NCBI GenBank assembly: GCA_964347045.1
Contig: CAYFXC010000001.1
Location: 187,256 to 251,255 of the forward strand
Length of the DNA: 64,000 bases
Direction: 5' to 3'
DNA from: an uncultured archaeon
GTDB lineage: Archaea; Asgardarchaeota; Hermodarchaeia; Hermodarchaeales; Hermodarchaeaceae
A program made the position numbers and the translations under genes. Positions 50,058 through 57,421 of the stretch are shown piece by piece. The notes under the pieces were generated by a model, which worked only from the letters and a program-made list of their open reading frames with translations, was not told the origin of the DNA and did no database searches. Position 1 is the first letter of the stretch. Every line of letters begins with the position of its first letter.

Positions 50058-50606
50058 TCAAGGGGTTGAATGTGTAAGTGTTCCTTCGCGAACGCACACG
50101 TGGGTGGTGTTTGCTGGGGGTGTTTGGAGAGCTTTTCGTAAGAAGGCTGGGTAGAGGGGGCAGGTTTCGAGTGCGGTTAATGGATACCACTTGAAGATAA
50201 TGGTATGTCCGTTTTCTTCTCCGAGAAATGTCTCCTGTTCGTAAAGCGGCGAGGGTTCGGGAAACCGACACAGGTAGTAGAACCCAATCTCATGAGATGG
50301 CGTTAGGAATATCGGGTGGGTTGGGCCTGATCCTTCTTCATGCTGAAAGAAGTTTTCTACAACCCATAGGAGTCGTTCAATTTGGACGGGGCTCTTGGTC
50401 TCCTCGAGCATCTCGCGTTTCAGTGCCTGCTCCGTAGTTTCCAGATGTCGTACTCGCCCTCCAGGGAGCGCCCAGAAATCCCATCCCTCTACTTGGTGTA
50501 GCAACACACGATTGTCTTGGAAGACCACACCAGCGGTACGTAACATGAACCGCCCTGTTCCAACTGGAAAGAAAATCATGGCGTCCAAGAACTGTAGGCA
50601 TCTCAT
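50058..50606 (-). CDS. NUDIX hydrolase
   Basis: LPGGRV..ETTEQALKREMLEE Nudix box; true start may be 50579. Confidence 0.9.
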   Translation of the reverse strand: MRCLQFLDAMIFFPVGTGRFMLRTAGVVFQDNRVLLHQVEGWDFWALPGGRVRHLETTEQALKREMLEETKSPVQIERLLWVVENFFQHEEGSGPTHPIFLTPSHEIGFYYLCRFPEPSPLYEQETFLGEENGHTIIFKWYPLTALETCPLYPAFLRKALQTPPANTTHVCVREGTLTHSTP

Positions 50607-50709
50607 ATTTCTTTTGTCTTTGACTGCTATCTCCTGAGTTGGGGAATTATTTCGTGCGCGATGTGTTCAACTTTGGGAAATTGGAAGTCGGTTAAGAACA
50701 TGAGAAAAA

Positions 50710-50820
50710 TGGTGCGGGGGCCGGGCTTCGAACCCGGGAACTCCTACGAGACAGGATCTTAAGTCCTGCGCCTTTGACCAAGCTTGGCTGTGGGGTCACT
50801 GTGGTGGGTGATACCCCCGC
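50710..50820 (-). tRNA. tRNA-Leu(TAA) with intron at position 8/9 (50790-50812)
   Basis: CAGGA-CT-TAA-GA-TCCTG, long variable arm; strict BHB GC-GGGG-GTA-TCAC / GTGA-CCCC-ACA-GC. Confidence 0.9.
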
Positions 50821-50990
50821 GGCTTAGTCATGTGGGGCGCTGACCCTTGGACACGCCCCCGCATTTGTGTTGGGGTGACAAGGTTGTTTTGGTGCTTAAA
50901 ATTGCTTCGTGTGGCTGCTTGGAGCGCGGTTTGTGATTTGGAGGCGTTCTGAGAATAATGCTTAAAAGGTACGGGCGGTGGTTTAGTGCT

Positions 50991-51172
50991 GCCGAGGTAG
51001 CTTAGCCTGGTTGAGCGCCAGACTTGCAGCTACTTAAGTAACAAGGGTGTAACTCATAGGGCTTTGCCCCAGGGTCAAGATTTGATGATTGCTGGCGCAC
51101 CGGAGAAATCTGGAGGTCGCGGGTTCGAACCGAAGTCGGGTGGATTTCGCGGAACGCCCGCCCTCGGCACCA
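50991..51172 (+). tRNA. Elongator tRNA-Met(CAT) with three introns (51022-51051, 51059-51107, 51130-51155)
   Basis: GCCGAGG/CCTCGGC A73; spliced arm CCAGA-CT-CAT-AA-TCTGG; strict BHBs at 30/31 and 59/60, relaxed at 37/38. Confidence 0.87.
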
Positions 51173-51185
51173 TTGACGTTGCTGG

Positions 51186-51262
51186 GCCTCGGTGGCATAG
51201 CATGGTAGCGCATCGCCTTGGTAAGGCGAGGGTCGCGGGTTCGAATCCCGCCCGAGGCTCCA
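51186..51262 (+). tRNA. tRNA-Thr(GGT)
   Basis: TCGCC-TT-GGT-AA-GGCGA; U73-CCA. Confidence 0.95.
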
Positions 51263-51370
51263 CTCTCTTACGGCCTAATAGAATTCTTTATTTCCAAGAC
51301 TGTGATGAATTTTTAAGGGTCGGGATGGTTGAAGTGCTATGCTCGCTTTAGTGTTGTCAGGTGACTTAGG

Positions 51371-52057
51371 TTGATGGTTGATGAGGAAAAGCGGTTTGCT
51401 GCTGAAGCTGCGATAAACCATGTTTCTGACGGTATTTGTCTAGGAGTAGGCACAGGATCTACGGTTGAGATATTCATCGATTTATTAGTTGAAAAAATCG
51501 CCACGGAAAACATTACTTTAACGGCGGTTCCTAGTTCGTATGCTACTCAGTTGCGCCTGCACGATGCTGGAATAACTACCGTACCACTTGGTGCTGTCAC
51601 TAGCTTAGCCTGTGCAGTGGATGGTGCTGATGAAGTGGATGCAAAACTTGCCCTGATTAAAGGCGGTGGAGCAGCACTCCTACGCGAAAAAATCTTAGCT
51701 GAAGCCGCAAACCAAGTTGTCATCATCGTTGATAGTGCTAAACTCGTGGATAAACTTGGAACTAGGATGCCAGTTCCAGTTGAAGTGCTTCCTGATGCCT
51801 TGGCGCTGTCAATGGATCGGATTCAACGCCTTGGTGGTTCACCAATGCTTCGACAAGGTGAAAGAAAGGCGGGACCAGTTATCACTGATAATGGTAATTT
51901 CATTTTGGATGTTACGTTTCAAAAAATTTCTGATTCAAGGAAGTTAGAGTCTCAACTAAATGCAATACCTGGCGTGATTGAAAATGGTCTTTTTCCAACA
52001 CAAGCTGATGTTGTCTACGTGGGCCAAGCGAAAGGTGTACAATTACTTGAAAGATAA
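51371..52057 (+). CDS. rpiA: Ribose-5-phosphate isomerase A
   Basis: GVGTGST, DGADEV, IKGGGAALLREK, TDNGN. Confidence 0.97.
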   Translation: MMVDEEKRFAAEAAINHVSDGICLGVGTGSTVEIFIDLLVEKIATENITLTAVPSSYATQLRLHDAGITTVPLGAVTSLACAVDGADEVDAKLALIKGGGAALLREKILAEAANQVVIIVDSAKLVDKLGTRMPVPVEVLPDALALSMDRIQRLGGSPMLRQGERKAGPVITDNGNFILDVTFQKISDSRKLESQLNAIPGVIENGLFPTQADVVYVGQAKGVQLLER

Positions 52058-52105
52058 ATCGAAACATGCATATAGCATCAGGTTCTCTCCAAACTAGGAA
52101 GGTTT

Positions 52106-52226
52106 GGGCCCGTGGCCAAGTCGGATAGGATCTTCCCCCGGAGAAGGCGCCAGCCTCCTAAGCTGGAAATCCCGGGTTCGAAAGTGTTCATTGAATTTGA
52201 CGCCGAAATTCCCGGCGGGCCCGCCA
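52106..52226 (+). tRNA. tRNA-Arg(CCT) with two non-canonical introns (52127-52143 D-loop; 52183-52209 at 59/60)
   Basis: CCAGC-CT-CCT-AA-GCTGG; BHB helices TCGG/CCGG and TTCG/CGAA. Confidence 0.92.
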
Positions 52227-52242
52227 TTCTATTACCCACGCG

Positions 52243-52842
52243 TCATTTATTTGCAACAATATCGGCAGGTGATACAAGATAATAGGTTGTTTCTCCTTGC
52301 CGATCTAATACAGCCAGCATCAGTTTCTTGCGGTTTCGTTTCGCCTGTTTGCTAAATGCCTCTAGCTGTCCTACCTTCAGAGGTGATCCTTCTGAGATTG
52401 CGCAGACAAAGTATTTTGCTGTAGCTTCGTTGAGTTTTGCTCCCCGTGGGTAAACTCGAAACAATAATCCTTTCCCATATCCTGTTCGAACCACATATCC
52501 ACGGCTTCGTAAATCACTATAGACAAGAAAACGAGTCCAAAGCCCAGGACGGTTCTTCGCTAAGCGTTCAAGTAATGCCGAAAAATCAAGGATTTCGCCT
52601 TGTGCTTCGCTCACCTCAATCCGCTGGCGTCTCACTAACAATAAGGCTTCTTCCGGTTCAAGCGTTAACTTTTGTTCATCTTTCAATGTTCCATAATAGC
52701 CCGCTTCATATAATACGGGGGCATATTCACCTTTTATACTGACTTTTCCCCGTGTTAATATTGCCTGAATAGGTTCGTCGGGAAGCTGAGAGTGCTCTTC
52801 TTCTGACGAAGGTGGTTCCTGTTTCTTTTTTATCATTAACAT
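52243..52842 (-). CDS. endA: tRNA-splicing endonuclease subunit, probably structural beta
   Basis: EEALLL, VYSDLRSRGYVVRTG, FRVY, RKKLMLA, TTYY; catalytic KY/FG and His motifs not seen. Confidence 0.85.
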   Translation of the reverse strand: MLMIKKKQEPPSSEEEHSQLPDEPIQAILTRGKVSIKGEYAPVLYEAGYYGTLKDEQKLTLEPEEALLLVRRQRIEVSEAQGEILDFSALLERLAKNRPGLWTRFLVYSDLRSRGYVVRTGYGKGLLFRVYPRGAKLNEATAKYFVCAISEGSPLKVGQLEAFSKQAKRNRKKLMLAVLDRQGETTYYLVSPADIVANK

Positions 52843-52902
52843 TCACCATTATCTGAAGCGACAAGAAGCGAAGCTATATAACATTCTTCCCGTTTCACTG
52901 AC

Positions 52903-53394
52903 TTGATGACATCTTGGAAAAAACGTCTTACCCAAGCCTTCCGCCAAGCATCCAATATTGCAATCCTTGGAATTGGAAATGATCTCAAAGGCGATGATGG
53001 CATCGGACCCTACGTAATCGAACAACTCCAAAACCGTAATCCCCCCCATATCGAGCTTATTAATGCAAGCACTGTTCCCGAAAATTTCATCAGTCATCTC
53101 ATCGAATCAAATCCCCAACTCATCCTACTCCTCGATGCCGCCCTAATGCAGACTGAACCAGGAACCATCAAACTCATTGATAAAGATACCATCGGAGGCA
53201 TTGTCTTTTCATCACACCAACTACCCCTTTCCTTCTTTATCGAATACTTAGAAAACAATATTACCACAACCATCCTCATCCTCGGTATCCAACCCTTCAC
53301 AGACGAATTCGCTCAACCCTTCTCTGAACCCGTCCAAAAAGCCGCTTCAGAAATCATCACCATGCTTTCCCGGCTTTTCACCAAAACCCTTTGA
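52903..53394 (+). CDS. hycI: Hydrogenase maturation endopeptidase HycI-like
   Basis: GIGNDLKGDDGIG, TVPENF, LDAA, SSHQLPL. Confidence 0.9.
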   Translation: MMTSWKKRLTQAFRQASNIAILGIGNDLKGDDGIGPYVIEQLQNRNPPHIELINASTVPENFISHLIESNPQLILLLDAALMQTEPGTIKLIDKDTIGGIVFSSHQLPLSFFIEYLENNITTTILILGIQPFTDEFAQPFSEPVQKAASEIITMLSRLFTKTL

Positions 53395-53435
53395 AAACTC
53401 TTATAAGCTATACCTTCAAACCTATTTTTCGCAAT

Positions 53436-53567
53436 CCCGGCGTAGCTCAACCTGGTAGAGCGTCTGGCTGTAGGTATACACCGCACCCTGAGCCACACGG
53501 CGATGACTCGGTGTCAACCAACGCAGATACCAGATGGTTCCTGGTTCAAATCCGGGCGCCGGGACCA
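53436..53567 (+). tRNA. tRNA-Tyr(GTA) with canonical 55-nt intron (53474-53528)
   Basis: C1-G72, TCTGG-CT-GTA-G^A-CCAGA; CTGT/GCAG BHB helix. Confidence 0.93.
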
Positions 53568-53618
53568 ATCCTTCCAGAAAAACCTTTAAATTCGCCCAAA
53601 TAACCCTCAAACCACTGC

Positions 53619-53726
53619 GCCCGTTTAGTGTAGCCAGGTCTATCATCTGGGACTGTCAAGGGTCTATGAAACTCATAGAGCTGCGGATCTCCTAGGACTC
53701 GGGTTCGAATCCCGGAACGGGCGCCA
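53619..53726 (+). tRNA. tRNA-Asp(GTC) with canonical 30-nt intron (53659-53688)
   Basis: TGGGA-CT-GTC-A^C-TCCTA; CTGT/GCGG BHB helix; G73-CCA. Confidence 0.93.
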
Positions 53727-53837
53727 CTTTTCCTTTTGTTCAGCTTCAACGGAGGGTTTTGTGGTTTTTTTATGAGTTTCTGTGGCGTTTAATCGAAAGC
53801 TTAAAAAGGCGTTTGTACATTGTCGCCTTAACTCCGC

Positions 53838-54045
53838 AGACGGTCTGCTTCGCTGGAGCGACGGCTGGTTTGGCGCCGCATGTTTCTGCCTGGGCAAAAA
53901 TTGCTGATGAGACGATGTACTCGCTCTGGTTCATGGGACACAGGGTTCCAAGTTTCTCATGCGGACTATAGCTATATGGGCTCATGGAAGTATGATGCCG
54001 TCTGGTGAGGGTAGGGTTACCGTCGCAAATTGAGCAGATTCGTCT
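53838..54045 (+). ncRNA. Unassigned ~210-nt structured leader/ncRNA upstream of rpoB
   Basis: Ends pair: AGACG/CGTCT, GTCTGCTT/GAGCAGAT, GCGACGG/CCGTCGC; inner CCGCATG/CATGCGG; TATA-like CTTAAAAA near 53800. Confidence 0.6.
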
Positions 54046-54058
54046 CTGAGGGTAGAAT

Positions 54059-57000
54059 ATGGCACTTACGTCTGAAGATCGTTGGGCAGTTATGAAATCC
54101 TTTTTTCTGTCGAAGGGGTTAGTCCGTCAGCATCTGGACTCGTACAATCATTTTGTTGAACGGCGTGTTCAACAGATTGTTAGTGATGTAGGAAAAATCG
54201 AGCCAGATATTCCGAATTATTATGTGCGCTTAGGACGTGTTGAAATTCAGAATCCCTCCGTTCGGGAAGCTGATGGGTCAGTTCGGAATATTGCTCCAGC
54301 AGAAGCACGGATTCGAAACCTAACCTATTCTTCTCCAATTTACTTAGAAATGACTCCTGTTTATCGAGATGAGAAAACAGGGATGGAATATGATGAGGAA
54401 ACTACAAGCGTTTATGTAGGTAGGCTTCCTATTATGCTCAAATCCGCCTTTTGCCGCCTTTCAGCCATGACACCTGAAGAACTCGTTGAAGCTGGTGAAG
54501 ACCCCAATGATCCCGGTGGGTATTTCATTATCAATGGATCTGAAAGAGTACTTGTGACTCAGGAGGATCTTGCACCTAATCGGATTCTCATTGAAGAAGC
54601 TACGAGCAGCAGTGCGTGTACGCACATGGCAAAGGTGTTCTCGACTGCAAGGGGATTTCGGGCACCTGTTACAATGGAGCGGCGAGCGGACCATACGTTC
54701 CGTGTATCATTTCCTTCTGTGCCTGGAAAGATTCCTTTAGTGGTGTTAATGCGGGCATTGGGCTTAGTGACAGATCGTGAAATTGTCGATGCTATTACTG
54801 ATGATTCTACTCTTGCTCAAGAATTAATTCCAAGCTTTCATACGGCTGAATCGTTAGTAGCTCCGAAGGATCCCAAAGCTACTCGTGAAAATGCGCTAGA
54901 CTATATCGGTAAGCGAGTTGCGGTGGGTCAAACTAAGGATTACCGTCTTCGCCGTGCGGAACAAGTACTGAATCGTTATCTTTTGCCGCATATTGGTACC
55001 GATTCAGGGGCAGCGGTCAATAAGGCTCATTATGTTGGTCAAATGACTCAACGGCTCTTAGAACTTAGCGTTGATCGACGTCATGAGGATGATAAGGACC
55101 ATTATGCTAACAAACGGTTGAAACTAGCCGGAGATCTACTTACAAGCCTTTTCCGTGTGGCTTTTCTCAACCTCTGTCGTGACATCAAGTATCAACTTGA
55201 AAGAACTGCCACACGAGGACGCAAACCAAATATCAAAACGGCTGTTCGTGCTGACGTTATCACTGAAAGGCTTCGTCACGCCCTGGCTACAGGTAATTGG
55301 GTTGGCGGTAAAGCAGGGGTCAGCCAGCTCCTTGATCGCGTTAACTATATGTCTTCTATTAGCCATCTTCGCCGCGTCGTGTCTCCTCTCAGCCGAAGTC
55401 AACCACACTTTGAAGCTCGAGACCTTCATCCCACCCATTGGGGCAAAATCTGTCCTAACGAGACTCCCGAAGGCCCCAACTGTGGTCTTGTGAAAAACCT
55501 TGCTTTGATGTCTTACATTTCAGTTGGTTCTGATGAAGCCGAGGTGGAAGAAGCGCTTTTATCACTAAAAGTTCAACCAATTGATGCTAAATCCAGTTCA
55601 ACAAAAAAGGGCACTTATGTCTATCTGAACGGCCGCTTTGTAGGTAACCATGTACAACCTGAATTGTTAGTCACCCGGCTTCGTGATCGACGCCAACGAA
55701 ATGAACTTAGCGATCAAGTAAATTTAGCCTTCTACCCTGATACAAATGAGGTCCAAATCAACTCTGATGCAGGTCGAGTTCGACGACCTCTAATCATTGT
55801 CAAGGATGGTGTTCCACTACTTGAGAAACAACATGTGGAGCGCGTCAGGAATCGAGAAATCTCTTGGGATGACCTCGTGAAAGCAGGAATCATGGAATAT
55901 CTTGATGCGGAAGAGGAAGAGAACACCCTTATTGGCATGGATCTTGCTGATATTACTCCAGAACATACTCATCTTGAAATTGTACCTGAAACAATTCTAG
56001 GAATTTGCGCTAGTCTTGTACCCTTTGCTGAACACAACCAGTCACCACGCAACACGTACGAAGCCGGAATGGCTAAGCAAGCCCTCGGACTTTACTCAGC
56101 CAACTTCAGTCTTCGCGTTGACACACGTAGCCATATTCTGCACTATGTTCAAAGCCCGATAGTTACAACTCGACCCATGGAAGTAATCGGTTATCTTCGG
56201 CGTCCAGCGGGACAAAACTTCATTGTCGCAATTCACTCATTCCAAGGATACAACATTGAAGACGCACTTGTTATTAACAAGGCATCCATTGAAAGAGGAA
56301 TTGCTCGGTCATCGTTTTTCCGAAGCTATGACGCCGAAGAAAGAAAGTACCCCGGTGGACAAGAAGATAAATTCGAAATTCCTAGTCGGGAAGTCCGAGG
56401 ATATCGTGCATCAGAAGCCTATCGGTTATTAAGCGAAGACGGCGTCATTGAACCTGAATTCCAAGTGGGTGGTGATGAAATTCTCATCGGACGCACCAGC
56501 CCCCCACGGTTCTTAGAAGAATATACTGAACTTGAAGTTCCAGGACCCAAACGACGCGAAACATCAGTTAGTCTTCGCCATGGAGAACAAGGAACAATCG
56601 ACAAGGTTCTCATTACAGAAACAATTGATGGCAACCGGCTCGTCAAAGTCAAAGTTCGAGATGAACGCATACCCGAGTTAGGAGATAAGTTTGCTAGTCG
56701 TCATGGCCAAAAAGGCGTCATTGGCCTCCTTGCACCACAAGAAGATATGCCTTTTACGGAAACCGGGATTGTTCCTGATCTTGTAGTTAATGCCCATGCC
56801 TTTCCCAGTCGAATGACTCTCGGTCAAATCCTTGAATCAATGGGCGGAAAAATTGGTTGTTTACAGGGACAATCGGTTGATGCCACACCATTCTCAGTTT
56901 TTTAATGATACGGCGACCACCGAGATCTACACGAACTTGGCTTCAAATATAGTGGACGAGAGACCATGTACAACGGCGTAACTGGTCACAAATATGATGT

Positions 57001-57421
57001 CGACCTCTTCGTAGGTGTCGTCTATTATCAGAAACTCCACCATCTTGTTGCAGATAAAATGCATGCTCGCGCACGCGGTCCAGTGCAAATATTGACCCGG
57101 CAACCAACAGAAGGACGTGCACGAGAAGGTGGGTTACGTTTCGGTGAGATGGAACGAGACTGTCTTATCGGTCATGGAGCTGCATTACTTCTTCGCGAAC
57201 GACTCTTGGAAGAATCTGATAAATACATAGCAATGGTTTGTGAAGAATGTGGCATGCTTGCTGAATACGATCGAAATCGCGATCGATACCGCTGCCGGGT
57301 TTGCGCACCCAAAACAACAACAATTAGCAAGGTTGAGATGTCATATGCCTTCAAACTCGTCTTGCAAGAACTCATTTCTCTTGGTATATGGCCTCGGCTG
57401 AAACTTACAGATCGAACATAA
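54059..57421 (+). CDS. rpoB: RNA polymerase subunit B (Rpo2), single gene; in-frame stops at 56903-56908 are adapter-derived
   Basis: Both ORF-track pieces lie in the same frame; [32 protein letters not shown]. Confidence 0.96.
56898..56932 (+). other. Illumina P5 adapter/flow-cell oligo contamination
   Basis: T6 + exact AATGATACGGCGACCACCGAGATCTACAC (56904-56932). Confidence 0.98.

Noticed and set aside
50991-51172. tRNA-Ala(TGC) or tRNA-Ser call
   Set aside because: No G3:U70, short variable loop, and a perfect 30/31 BHB removes the TGC.
53904-53964. Hammerhead ribozyme (CTGATGAG)
   Set aside because: No GAAA core after a stem II.
54005-54020. Telomere/telomerase-template-like GGGTAGGGTTA
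   Set aside because: Single short occurrence with no reverse transcriptase nearby; likely chance.
56903-56965. Natural split of rpoB or stop-codon readthrough
   Set aside because: Stops lie within an exact Illumina P5 adapter, both parts are in one frame, and the site is not the known B''/B' split.
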